DNA from: an uncultured bacterium
GTDB taxonomy: Bacteria > Patescibacteriota > Minisyncoccia > Moranbacterales > UBA2206
Reading direction: 5' to 3'
Length of the DNA: 64,000 nt
Assembly (NCBI GenBank): GCA_903937035.1
Contig: CAIZXS010000017.1
Coordinates: forward strand, 660-64,659
Positions 10,615 through 20,330 of this stretch are shown piece by piece. The notes below the pieces were generated by a model. The model was not told where the DNA came from, made no database searches, and worked only from the letters and a program-made list of their open reading frames with translations. The translations under genes and the position numbers were made by a program. The stretch's first letter is position 1; every line of letters starts with the position of its first letter.

Positions 10615-12525
10615 ATGCCAAATATAAATTTCTTCGCCAAAACCAATTATCGCAATCAAGAAAGAGTCTTTGGAATCAAGGAGGATGATCGCCGTCGTCA
10701 CATGTACATGATCGGAAAGACCGGTATGGGGAAGTCTAATTTATTGGAGAATATGGCAATTCAAGATATCCGCAATGGTAAGGGGGTTTGCGTAGTTGAT
10801 CCGCACGGTGAGTTTGCTGAAAAAATGCTTCGAGCTATTCCGGCCAATCGTATTAATGATGTGGTTTATTTTAATCCATCCGACATTGAGTTTCCGGTTG
10901 CTTTTAATATTTTGGAAGCGGTGGACGAAGACAAAAAAAACTTAGTGGCTTCCGGCATGATGGGTGTGTTCAAGAAAATTTGGCCAGACGTTTGGAGTTC
11001 GCGTATGGAGTATATTTTGAACAATGCAATTCTGGCTCTATTGGATTATCCTGGCTCGACACTTTTGGGAGTAAATCGGATGATGAGCGACAAGGATTAT
11101 CGTAAAAGAGTTTACACAAAAATAAAAGACCCGGTGGTGAAAGCCTTTTGGATCAATGAATTTGATAAGTGGGAGGATAAGTTTAGAAAAGAAGCAGTAG
11201 CCGCAATCCAAAACAAAGTGGGGCAATTCTTATCCTATACTCTTGTGCGCCATATCATTGGTCAACCAAAATCAACGATTGATATGCGTGAGATTATGGA
11301 TAATCAAAAAATCTTGATTGTCAATTTGTCGAAGGGGAGAATTGGAGAGGATGCGATGCGACTTTTGGGTGGAATGATAATCACAAAAATTCAGTTAGCT
11401 GCGATGAGTCGTGTGGATATTCCTGAAGAAGAAAGAAAAGACTTTTATCTCTATGTTGATGAATTCCAAAATTTTGCCACGGAATCTTTTTCTAATATTC
11501 TTTCTGAGGCTAGAAAGTATCGGCTATGCCTAATCCTGGCGCATCAATACATTAATCAGTTAGTTTTTGATGGAAATGCTACAGTGAAGGATGCGATTTT
11601 TGGTAATGTAGGAACATTAGTTTCTTTCCGCGTGGGAGCAGAAGACGCCGAGCATTTGGAAAAAGAATTTGACCCAGTGTTCCTCATGAATGACATTGTT
11701 AATCTTTCTAAGTATGATATATATCTCAAATTAATGATTGATGGTATCGCTGGCGATGCTTTTTCAGCGCGAACATTGCCGCCAGCGGACATCTCAGATA
11801 CGAATGATGGCCAAGAGAAGGTGATTGCTGTTTCGCGGGAGCGTTATGGAAAATCTCGGATTGAGGTGGCAGAGAAAATTGCCCGTTGGAGTGGGATGGA
11901 TGTGGGCATTGGATTTGATGAATTTGATTCAACTAGCAATCAACGAGAGAACACTGTCGTGAGAATGGAAAAGAAGCCAACTGTAGCTGAACAGAGAACT
12001 CCAAGATTGACCCAATCTGTGGTGGCAGAGAGAAGGACGTCGGTGATTGAGAGGCGTCCAGAAGCAGTGGCGCGACCAACAATAGCCAATGTGCTTCCTA
12101 ACAGCACGCCGGTCAAGGAAGCTTTGTCAGCTCAAGTTGTGGAGAAGTCTGTGGAATTATTTGAAGCCATTTGTTCTACTTGCGAAGAAACAATAACGGT
12201 GCCATTTCGTCCTGATCCAAATCGAAAAACTTTTTGCAAAGAGTGTCTGCGAGACTATCAACGTGCACGAGCAAAAATTCAACTTGACCAAATTAGTAAA
12301 AACAATGATAATATGGGTATGCGAAGTTATTCCAAGCCTGTCCCATCTGTTCAATCGCAAGTTGAAAATTCTCAATCGGCCGGACTTGTTGCCAGTGACA
12401 AGATAATTAGTCTTTCTCAAATATCTAATATCGCGCCAAAAAAATTCAAAGCCCCTCGAAAAGCTTTGAATATCGATACAGCAGAAATAAGAAATTTAAT
12501 CAATAAAACTAAAAATAATGGGTGA
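10615..12525 (+). CDS. TraD/VirD4/HerA-like P-loop ATPase with C-terminal CxxC-x17-CxxC zinc finger
   Basis: Walker A GKTGMGKS, DPHGE, Walker B LYVDEFQNF, EARKY, AHQY; CSTC...PFRPDPNRKTFCKEC. Confidence 0.88.
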   Translation: MPNINFFAKTNYRNQERVFGIKEDDRRRHMYMIGKTGMGKSNLLENMAIQDIRNGKGVCVVDPHGEFAEKMLRAIPANRINDVVYFNPSDIEFPVAFNILEAVDEDKKNLVASGMMGVFKKIWPDVWSSRMEYILNNAILALLDYPGSTLLGVNRMMSDKDYRKRVYTKIKDPVVKAFWINEFDKWEDKFRKEAVAAIQNKVGQFLSYTLVRHIIGQPKSTIDMREIMDNQKILIVNLSKGRIGEDAMRLLGGMIITKIQLAAMSRVDIPEEERKDFYLYVDEFQNFATESFSNILSEARKYRLCLILAHQYINQLVFDGNATVKDAIFGNVGTLVSFRVGAEDAEHLEKEFDPVFLMNDIVNLSKYDIYLKLMIDGIAGDAFSARTLPPADISDTNDGQEKVIAVSRERYGKSRIEVAEKIARWSGMDVGIGFDEFDSTSNQRENTVVRMEKKPTVAEQRTPRLTQSVVAERRTSVIERRPEAVARPTIANVLPNSTPVKEALSAQVVEKSVELFEAICSTCEETITVPFRPDPNRKTFCKECLRDYQRARAKIQLDQISKNNDNMGMRSYSKPVPSVQSQVENSQSAGLVASDKIISLSQISNIAPKKFKAPRKALNIDTAEIRNLINKTKNNG

Positions 12526-12688
12526 GTTTAGCCTTCAAAAATTCATAGCGTTGCTATTTGTTTTGGTTATGGGTTTTCTTGTTGCATGGGCTTCTTTTTC
12601 TACTGGGACGGATATTGTTCATAATACGCCAAAATCAAAAATTTTTGATTCCGAAAGAAAGGCGCAGGTTGAGATGCAACGAAAATAA
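12518..12688 (+). CDS. Small single-TM protein (56 aa; not in the ORF track)
   Basis: MGEFSLQKFIALLFVLVMGFLVAWASF...; overlaps the upstream stop and ends 2 nt before mnmA. Confidence 0.55.
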   Translation: MGEFSLQKFIALLFVLVMGFLVAWASFSTGTDIVHNTPKSKIFDSERKAQVEMQRK

Positions 12689-12690
12689 CC

Positions 12691-13917
12691 ATGAGTCCAA
12701 AGAGTGTTCTCATTGGAATATCTGGTGGCGTTGATTCTTCTGTTTCTGCTGCGCTACTCAAGGACAAAGGCTATGCTGTCAGCGGAGCCTTTTTGCGTTT
12801 TTGGGAGCCCAAAGGGGCTGATAATAAATCTCTGGCGGATGCAAAAGCTGTTTGTCGTATTTTGGGTATCCCCTTGGAAATCATTGAAGCAAGAGGGGCA
12901 TTTGAGAAAACAGTCATTCAATATTTTCTTCGTGAATATGAGGGAGGCAGAACTCCTAATCCCTGCGTTTTTTGTAATGAAAAAATGAAGTTTAAATTAC
13001 TCTTCGAAACGGCTCAAAAATTAGGAATTGAAATGGTTGCCACTGGACATTATGCCCAGGTCCTGCCTACGTCGAGCCTTCCGCCTTCGTTAAAACTTCG
13101 GCAGGCAAGCATGAAACATGAAACATGTAGCATGAAACCTGCCTACGCCTCCTCCTGCGCTAACCTTCTACGTCAAAGTGGTGGTCAAGAAGCTACGGCG
13201 GATAGAGATGCTCCGGCAGGCAAGCATGGGACAGGCAATGCAGAACAGAAAATGTGTTATAAATTATTTCCCGCGAGTGATAAGAAAAAAGACCAATCAT
13301 ATTTTTTATACCGTTTAAAGCAAGAACAATTGGCGAAAATTATTTTTCCACTTGGCGGATATGAAAAAACTGAGGTGCGAAAATTGGCGGAAAAATTTCA
13401 GTTACCGGTTTTTGATAAAAGTGACTCGCAAGATGTGTGTTTTATGGCGAATGGGAATTTAGAGGGATTTTTAAAAAATAAGATTGTCTTGCAATTTGGG
13501 AAAATTGTTGATACTGGTGGGAATCTGATGGGAGAGCATCGCGGGCTTTCTCTCTATACGATCGGACAAAGAAAGGGGATTGAAATTGGCGGCACGGGAC
13601 CATACTTCGTTGTTTCCAAAAACGTGCAGGAAAATATTTTGGTGGTAACTAATGATATCAATCATCCATTAATAGCTCGAAAAAAAATTGAGTTGGATGA
13701 TGTGGTTTGGGCAAGCGCTTTGATGTCGAATTTTCCAGCCTCTGTTCGAGTGAGGACGCGCTATCATAATCCGCTAATACATGCTACAATAGGGAATATT
13801 AGTGATGGACATTGCCAGTTGGAATTTGATTTGGCGCAAAGAGCAATCGCGCCTGGGCAGTCAGTTGTTTTCTATGGAGAGAGCGAAGAGATCTTGGGTG
13901 GTGGAATAATAAAATAA
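12691..13917 (+). CDS. mnmA: tRNA 2-thiouridylase MnmA with a ~60-aa repeat-derived insertion
   Basis: SGGVDS, TPNPCVFCN, ATGHYA, KDQSYFL, SQDVCF, YTIGQRKG and APGQS motifs. Confidence 0.95.
   Translation: MSPKSVLIGISGGVDSSVSAALLKDKGYAVSGAFLRFWEPKGADNKSLADAKAVCRILGIPLEIIEARGAFEKTVIQYFLREYEGGRTPNPCVFCNEKMKFKLLFETAQKLGIEMVATGHYAQVLPTSSLPPSLKLRQASMKHETCSMKPAYASSCANLLRQSGGQEATADRDAPAGKHGTGNAEQKMCYKLFPASDKKKDQSYFLYRLKQEQLAKIIFPLGGYEKTEVRKLAEKFQLPVFDKSDSQDVCFMANGNLEGFLKNKIVLQFGKIVDTGGNLMGEHRGLSLYTIGQRKGIEIGGTGPYFVVSKNVQENILVVTNDINHPLIARKKIELDDVVWASALMSNFPASVRVRTRYHNPLIHATIGNISDGHCQLEFDLAQRAIAPGQSVVFYGESEEILGGGIIK
13062..13224. repeat. Nested palindromic elements plus CATGAAA heptamer tandem inside mnmA
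   Basis: Two CCTGCCTACG...CGGCAGGCAAG units flank catgaaa-catgaaa-catgtag-catgaaa. Confidence 0.8.
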
Positions 13918-13931
13918 TTTTTTTCAAATTT

Positions 13932-14234
13932 ATGTACATGCAAAATTCTTCGAGAGGTGGTAATGCTGATGATGAGAATAGTGCCGATGTTGCTGCGAAG
14001 GAGAGTCAAAAGAGGCGAGTTCAGATGGAGCTATTAATTTTGGATTCAGATAAGCGAAAATTGGCGAATGAAAAAAGTGTCTTGGAGGCGGAGATTCGAA
14101 AATTAAGGCAAGATGGAGAGCGGATTACTCTAATTACGAATAGTAAAAAAGCGCGTTACGATGTTGTCGTGAGAGAGTCTTCGGAAAAAGAGGAGGAATT
14201 GAAGCGACTTAAAAAGAAATTAAATACACTATAA
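13932..14234 (+). CDS. Coiled-coil hypothetical protein
   Basis: 100 aa, E/K/R-rich heptads. Confidence 0.6.
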   Translation: MYMQNSSRGGNADDENSADVAAKESQKRRVQMELLILDSDKRKLANEKSVLEAEIRKLRQDGERITLITNSKKARYDVVVRESSEKEEELKRLKKKLNTL

Positions 14235-14252
14235 TTATTAAAAATAAAAAAG

Positions 14253-14513
14253 ATGCTTGAATCAAAATTGAAAGATCTCGCCTTGGAAATTTTGGGCGAC
14301 AAAATTACGGATGAGGAGGAGAAAGTCAAAATCTCTGAAGAGTTGCGCTTGCTTGAGCGCGAGCTTAATGACGATATTTCGCGAGTTTTGCGTGAACTGA
14401 GGAGAGATTTGGACGCGAATGCGCTTAGAAATAAATTTAGTTCTGATGATAGAGATGATATTGTCAAAAAAGTCGGGGAAAACATCAAGCGGTCAGAGTA
14501 CGCAGGAGTTTAA
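14253..14513 (+). CDS. Hypothetical protein
   Basis: 86 aa, operon-like spacing. Confidence 0.55.
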   Translation: MLESKLKDLALEILGDKITDEEEKVKISEELRLLERELNDDISRVLRELRRDLDANALRNKFSSDDRDDIVKKVGENIKRSEYAGV

Positions 14514-14548
14514 TGTTTGCAAGCATAAGTACTAAAAAATGAAAAAAT

Positions 14549-16471
14549 ATGTCAAACGAAAATAATTATTCTGAGGAAATAATCTCCAGCCTCAATGTGA
14601 TTAACAGCGCTATCTCAGATTTGAATCAAAAGATAGAGTTGCAAAATGAAAGAATTTTACGCCTAGAAGGTGTCCAGGAAAAAGTGGCAATTGTTCCGCC
14701 GACCTATGTCGCTCCACCAGCGCCAGCTCCAGTTTCTGTTTCTCAGCCGACCTACCAAAATATTGAATCACAACCGACTTTTCAACCTACCCCTAATCAG
14801 AATTTGCCAGTATCTGAAAAATCCAATCTAGAAGAGAATATTGGTGGTAAGTGGTTTGCGAGAATTGGAATGGCTGCGCTTGTTCTTGGGGTATCTTTTT
14901 TTCTTAAATATGCCTTTGATAATAATTGGATTGGAGAGGCTGGTCGGGTGATGATTGGAATTATTGCCGGAATAGCCTTGCTTGGTCTTGGGGAAAAATT
15001 TATTCGGAAATATTTTGTTTATGGTCAACTTATAAGTGGCGGTGGATTGGCCGTGCTGTATCTTTCTATTTTTGTCGCCTTTGATTCATATCATCTAATT
15101 AGTCAAATCCCGGCTTTTTTGATAATGACACTTATCACGGCTGTTGGAATAGTTTTGAGTATTAGATATGATGCTATTTCACTTGTGATTGTTTCGACTC
15201 TTGGTGGTTTTTTAACACCTTTTCTTGTTTCGACAGGAGAAAATAATGAAGTTGAATTATTTTCCTATATTTTAATCCTGGATTTGGCGATTCTCGCGAT
15301 CTCAATGTTTAAAAAATGGAGATGGTTGAATATCTTGGGTTTTTTTGGCACGGTTCTCGTTTTTCTTTCCTGGTCAGGTAGGTTTTACAATGAAGATGAG
15401 CTGTTTGTGACCATGCTATTTTTGACACTATTTTTTATAACCTATTCTATTTCTTCCTTGGTTTATAATCTTGTCAGAAACGAGAAATCTTCCGGAGTGG
15501 AGCAAACGCTTACGTTAATGGCTGGAGTGATATTCTTTGCTTCAAGCTATGCAATGCTTAACCCTAGCTACCATGTGTTTATGGGTTTTTTTGCTTTGAT
15601 TATGGCAATTTATTATTTTCTTTGGGCTTATCTGGTGCGTGCTATCACTCCAGATGATGAAAATTTGTATAGTTTCCTGGCTTTTTTAACGGTTGGTTTT
15701 ATTACTTTGGCGATTCCTTTGCAATTTGAAGGAAAAATAATTTCGATCGGATGGGCGATTGAAGCGGTGATTATGATTATCTTGGGGATTAAGACAGAAA
15801 AGGTTGCTTTCAAGGCATTTGGAACTTTTATGTTTGGATTGGCTACGATGCGCTTGCTTTTCGTTGATTCAGAGCATGGCAATAAGGATATGGTGCTTTT
15901 AAATGAAGTAATGTTTACCTATTTCATTGTAATCATCTTGGCCTATGCATCGGCATATATTTTTCGATTATTTTCCAGTGATACTGAAGAGAAAAATGAT
16001 TTCTTGGCCACAAAACAATTGATTGCACTATTTTTGATTGCAGCTAATTTCTTGACTGTTTTTTCGCTTAGTCGTGAGATAACCTATAAATATGATCAGG
16101 ACAAGCGTGCCTACCAGTTGCAGGAAGAAAAAAGGTATACTGAAAATGTTAGGACAGGCAAGACTCAAGATAGTTCATATATGTATGAAAAACTTGATAA
16201 GATTGACAGTAAGAGCAGTGTCTCTCTTTCTTTGTTTTGGCTTTTTTATGGAATAATTCTCGTGGTGGTTGGTTTTCTCGCTCGCATCAAAGGTGTGCGG
16301 ATTGGAGGACTCTTGCTTTTCACCTTGGCTATTCTTAAACTATTTTTCTATGATCTTTGGAGCATGGGAACGCTTTATCGCATCATATCTTCGATGAGCT
16401 TGGGTGTGGTACTTCTCACAATTTCATTTGCTTATCAGAAATATAAAGATAAGATTAAAGAAATAATCTAA
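14549..16471 (+). CDS. DUF2339-like polytopic membrane protein
   Basis: LEENIGGKWFARIG...FFLKYA at the N-terminus; KLFFYDL...YRIIS at the C-terminus. Confidence 0.8.
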   Translation: MSNENNYSEEIISSLNVINSAISDLNQKIELQNERILRLEGVQEKVAIVPPTYVAPPAPAPVSVSQPTYQNIESQPTFQPTPNQNLPVSEKSNLEENIGGKWFARIGMAALVLGVSFFLKYAFDNNWIGEAGRVMIGIIAGIALLGLGEKFIRKYFVYGQLISGGGLAVLYLSIFVAFDSYHLISQIPAFLIMTLITAVGIVLSIRYDAISLVIVSTLGGFLTPFLVSTGENNEVELFSYILILDLAILAISMFKKWRWLNILGFFGTVLVFLSWSGRFYNEDELFVTMLFLTLFFITYSISSLVYNLVRNEKSSGVEQTLTLMAGVIFFASSYAMLNPSYHVFMGFFALIMAIYYFLWAYLVRAITPDDENLYSFLAFLTVGFITLAIPLQFEGKIISIGWAIEAVIMIILGIKTEKVAFKAFGTFMFGLATMRLLFVDSEHGNKDMVLLNEVMFTYFIVIILAYASAYIFRLFSSDTEEKNDFLATKQLIALFLIAANFLTVFSLSREITYKYDQDKRAYQLQEEKRYTENVRTGKTQDSSYMYEKLDKIDSKSSVSLSLFWLFYGIILVVVGFLARIKGVRIGGLLLFTLAILKLFFYDLWSMGTLYRIISSMSLGVVLLTISFAYQKYKDKIKEII

Positions 16472-16476
16472 ATAAA

Positions 16477-17730
16477 ATGAAAAAACTATTTATTATATTT
16501 GTAGCAATTTTTCTTTTTTCTGCAACTAGCTGCTTAGCAAATTTTGATATCTCCAAATGGAAATATTATAAAGATATTTCAAGCACCGGAGGAAATCTTT
16601 TGAGAGTAACCTTGGATGATAATGTCTTTTCCAGCTCTACGAAAGATTTATCTGATTTAAGAATTATTGATGGGGAAAATAGAGAAGTGCCATTTAAGCT
16701 TGTTTCAGGCAAAGAAAGTTTCAAAAGCGATCGCGTGCCTGTCAAAATGATTAATAACTCCTATATTCCAGGAGAAAATTCTCAGGTTATTTTGGACCTG
16801 GGAACTTCTGGTAGCCTAGTGAATAATCTGACGGTCAGTACGGTCAGCGAAAATTTTCAAAGAAACGTGAAGGTTTATGGCAGTAATGACATGAGCGCTT
16901 GGAATGTGCTTCGAGATAATGGGTATTTTTATGATTTCACTGACAAGAAGGCTAATTTTAAATCGCAAAACACACAAATTTCATTTCCTGACAGCGCCTA
17001 TCATTATATTAAAATTGAAATCGCAGATGATGGTGGAAAGCCTGTTAAAATCATTTCCGTAGAAACGAACAATACTATCGAAGAAAAAACTCGCGGACAT
17101 GAAAGGCATCCTCAGTTTAAATCAATTGAAAAAACGGATAAAAAAATAACTGAGATGGTTGCTGATTTAGGAGTGAGTGGAATCCCGACTGATAGAATGA
17201 ATATTGAATCAAAAAATGTAAATTTCAATAGAGCAATTTTGATTTACGCGAGCAATGATGAAAATGCAAAGGATTGGGATTATCTTGGCCAAGGCTATGT
17301 TTTTCGCTACAACACTCCAAAATTTACCGGAGAAAATGTCACATTGAGTTTTCCCGAGACCACGAAGCGTTATTTAAAGCTGGAGATAAACAATAAAGAT
17401 GATGTGCCGCTTTCTATTTCCGGACTTAGCTCTTTCTCTGTTTATCGTGAAGTAATTTTTCAGACGAATGTTTCGGAAAAATATCGGCTGTTTTATGGTA
17501 ACGCAAAAGCGGATTATCCTCAATATGACTTGGAAAAATATTTTGAGTATCTTGAGCCTGACAAGGCAATGGAGGCGAAAATAACCAACCAAAGAGATAA
17601 TCCTAGCTATATAGCGGAAAAAGAGCCCGAAAAGCCTTTGACCGAAAGAATTCCCTATCTGCTTTCTGGTATTTTGACACTAACCTCACTATTTTTAATT
17701 TTTCTTGTCTTTAAATTTTTGAAAAAATAA
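16477..17730 (+). CDS. DUF3999-like exported protein with C-terminal TM
   Basis: Signal peptide, DLSDLRIID..EVPF and LFYGN...PQYDL motifs; adjacent to the DUF2339-like gene. Confidence 0.7.
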   Translation: MKKLFIIFVAIFLFSATSCLANFDISKWKYYKDISSTGGNLLRVTLDDNVFSSSTKDLSDLRIIDGENREVPFKLVSGKESFKSDRVPVKMINNSYIPGENSQVILDLGTSGSLVNNLTVSTVSENFQRNVKVYGSNDMSAWNVLRDNGYFYDFTDKKANFKSQNTQISFPDSAYHYIKIEIADDGGKPVKIISVETNNTIEEKTRGHERHPQFKSIEKTDKKITEMVADLGVSGIPTDRMNIESKNVNFNRAILIYASNDENAKDWDYLGQGYVFRYNTPKFTGENVTLSFPETTKRYLKLEINNKDDVPLSISGLSSFSVYREVIFQTNVSEKYRLFYGNAKADYPQYDLEKYFEYLEPDKAMEAKITNQRDNPSYIAEKEPEKPLTERIPYLLSGILTLTSLFLIFLVFKFLKK

Positions 17731-17799
17731 TTCAGACCCCGGTTTGACTGCCTGTTTAAAGCATTATACAATTCAATGTAGATTGAATTTAAATTTGTA

Positions 17800-19662
17800 A
17801 TGTCAAAAATTATGTTAACTGCGAAAGAACTGCGCCAAAAATATCTCGATTTTTTCAAGAGCAAGGAGCACGCCATTATTCCTTCTGCGCCATTGGTGCC
17901 GGAAAATGATCCGACGACACTTTTCACTGGTTCCGGGATGCAGCCAATGATCACATATCTCATGGGAGAAAGTCATCCTCTTGGGAAGCGCATTGCTGAC
18001 AGTCAAAAGAGTTTCCGTTCAGGCGACATTGAGGATGTGGGCGACAATCGTCACACGACATTTTTTGAGATGCTTGGTAATTGGTCGCTGGGAGATTATT
18101 TCAAAAAGGATCAGATTACTTGGATGTTTGAGTTTCTTACAAAAGAGATTGGGCTCGATCAGAAGAATTTGTATGTGACAGTTTTCCGTGGTGATGAAAG
18201 TCTTAATATCCCACGTGATGACGAGTCAGTTGGAATTTGGAAAGAATTATTCAAGGGTGTCGGAATCGAAGCACAGGATGTCAATTTTGCCGAACGTGAT
18301 GGAATGCAAGATGGCAGAATTTTCTATTATCCAGTGGAAAAAAACTGGTGGAGTCGGGCAGGCGTGCCGGCTAATATGCCGATTGGTGAACCGGGCGGAC
18401 CGGACAGTGAAATGTTTTGGGATTTTGGAGTAGAGCGAGGGATTCATGAAGAATCAGCTTGGAAGGATGAGCCCTGCCATGTCAATTGCGATTGTGGGAG
18501 ATTTATGGAAATCGGCAATAATGTGTTTATGGAATATCTCAAGACCGAGAAAGGCTTTGAGTTTTTGAAACAAAAAAATGTTGACTTTGGTGGTGGGCTA
18601 GAAAGAATTCTTGCGGCATTGAACAATGACCCAGATATTTTTCTCACGGATATTTTTGAGAAAGCTAAGGCAGAAATTGAAAAATTGTCTGGCAAAAAAT
18701 ATGCGGACAACAAAGAAGCATATCGAGTTATTTTAGATCACTTGCGTGCAGCGACATTTCTTATTGGCGACGGTGTTTTGCCAAGCAATAAAGATCAGGG
18801 CTACTTTGTCCGGCGGCTTATCCGCCGCGCAGTGCGCTTCGCACATAAATTAGGAATTGAGAATAATTTCTGCGGAGATGTGGCGAAGATTTTTATTGAG
18901 GATTATAAAAGTGAATATGCTAATCTTGAAACAGATCAAGAAATGATTGTTGCGGAACTAGGAAAGGAAGAAAATAAATTTAGAGAGACACTGGAAAAGG
19001 GCCTTAAAGAATTTGAGAAGTATATACAGATAGATGGAAAGGTTATTTTCAATCTTTATACAACCTATGGGTTTCCCAAAGAATTGATTGCGGAAGAAGC
19101 AAAAGAACGTGGAGTAGAAGTTACAACAGAAAATTGGCAAGAATTTGAAGAACTATTTAAAAAGCATCAAGACCTTTCCCGTACTGCAGCCGAAGGAAAA
19201 TTCAAAGGAGGACTGGCTGATTATAGTGAAAAAACAACTCAGTTTCACACGATTGCTCATCTGATGCTTGCAGGACTGCGAAAAGTTTTAGGAGAAAATG
19301 TTCATCAAAAAGGCTCAAACATCAATGGCGAACGAATTCGTTTTGATTTTTCGCATCCGGACAAAATGACCGATGAACAGAAAAAAGCCGTAGAGGAGTT
19401 TGTGAATGAGGCAATTGAATCCAAGACAGAAGTGGCAATGGAAGAAATGACGCCGGAAGAAGCCAAAAATGCCGGCGCAGAAGGCGAGTTTGGGCATAAA
19501 TATGGCGATCGAGTGAAAGTCTATTCCGTCGGAGAGTATTCCCGCGAAATCTGTGGTGGACCGCACATCAAAAATACAGCTGAAATTCAAGGCAAATTTA
19601 GAATCCAAAAAGAAGAAAGTTCTTCGGCGGGAGTGCGCCGGATTAAGGCGGTGGTGGAATAG
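17800..19662 (+). CDS. alaS: Alanine--tRNA ligase, short form lacking C-Ala
   Basis: HTTFFEMLGNWS, DHLRA, HTIAH and EICGGPH; ends at GVRRIKAV. Alternative start 17812. Confidence 0.96.
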   Translation: MSKIMLTAKELRQKYLDFFKSKEHAIIPSAPLVPENDPTTLFTGSGMQPMITYLMGESHPLGKRIADSQKSFRSGDIEDVGDNRHTTFFEMLGNWSLGDYFKKDQITWMFEFLTKEIGLDQKNLYVTVFRGDESLNIPRDDESVGIWKELFKGVGIEAQDVNFAERDGMQDGRIFYYPVEKNWWSRAGVPANMPIGEPGGPDSEMFWDFGVERGIHEESAWKDEPCHVNCDCGRFMEIGNNVFMEYLKTEKGFEFLKQKNVDFGGGLERILAALNNDPDIFLTDIFEKAKAEIEKLSGKKYADNKEAYRVILDHLRAATFLIGDGVLPSNKDQGYFVRRLIRRAVRFAHKLGIENNFCGDVAKIFIEDYKSEYANLETDQEMIVAELGKEENKFRETLEKGLKEFEKYIQIDGKVIFNLYTTYGFPKELIAEEAKERGVEVTTENWQEFEELFKKHQDLSRTAAEGKFKGGLADYSEKTTQFHTIAHLMLAGLRKVLGENVHQKGSNINGERIRFDFSHPDKMTDEQKKAVEEFVNEAIESKTEVAMEEMTPEEAKNAGAEGEFGHKYGDRVKVYSVGEYSREICGGPHIKNTAEIQGKFRIQKEESSSAGVRRIKAVVE

Positions 19663-19716
19663 AAACAGTGGACAGTAATCAGTGAGCAGGAGTCAGTAAG
19701 GGTGCAGGATGCCTTA

Positions 19717-19935
19717 TTGACAAAGTATTGCGATATGCTAATATTTTGGTATAAATAACACCTCAAGTTTTATGAGTCTAAATCGTCAAGTCAAAACTAA
19801 TAATTGGTCTTCATGCTCCGGATCCGGGTCCCGACTTTTTGTTGGCGAATTTTGGCTTGAAGCGAAGAGGAGAATAGTGCAATAAATTATCCTTCGAAAT
19901 AAACCAAAACCCGCCAACGTGGCGGTTTTTTTATT
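19717..19935 (+). promoter_or_regulatory. Promoter, 37-codon leader ORF (19772-19885) and terminator/antiterminator
   Basis: TTGACA at 19717 and TGcTAATAT; terminator CCGCCA-acg-TGGCGG-T7; upstream GTTGGCG can pair with CGCCAAC. Confidence 0.5.
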
Positions 19936-19982
19936 TTGTTCTTTGATTTTTTTAATGAATCTTAAGCATAGGAGGTAGCAAA

Positions 19983-20213
19983 ATGATTATTATTCACATC
20001 ACGAGAGAAATTGGTTATGTTCTCGTCCATGGGGCGAATGGGAGTGAAGGGCTGATTAGAGAGCTTTTTCATCAGCAGGATGTTGAAGATGAAATTGTTC
20101 GAAAATCAATTGAAAGTGGATATCTTTCTCATGAGCGCTTGGAAGAATATCTGTCTGATATGATTCGAGATATTCTGTCAATCGAGGAAAAGGTAAAGGT
20201 AAATGTTTATTGA
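19983..20213 (+). CDS. Small hypothetical protein
   Basis: AGGAGG SD; followed by hairpin AGGGCTAG...CTAGCCCT and a T-run. Confidence 0.65.
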   Translation: MIIIHITREIGYVLVHGANGSEGLIRELFHQQDVEDEIVRKSIESGYLSHERLEEYLSDMIRDILSIEEKVKVNVY

Positions 20214-20330
20214 TTCATTGAGGAATAGGGCTAGAACGTCAAAGACGCGCTAGCCCTGTCTTTTTTCTTGCAATCAGCTTGTTTTAGTGCTAAATTTAGG
20301 TGGTAAGCTAATTTATATTAGAGCAATTTT

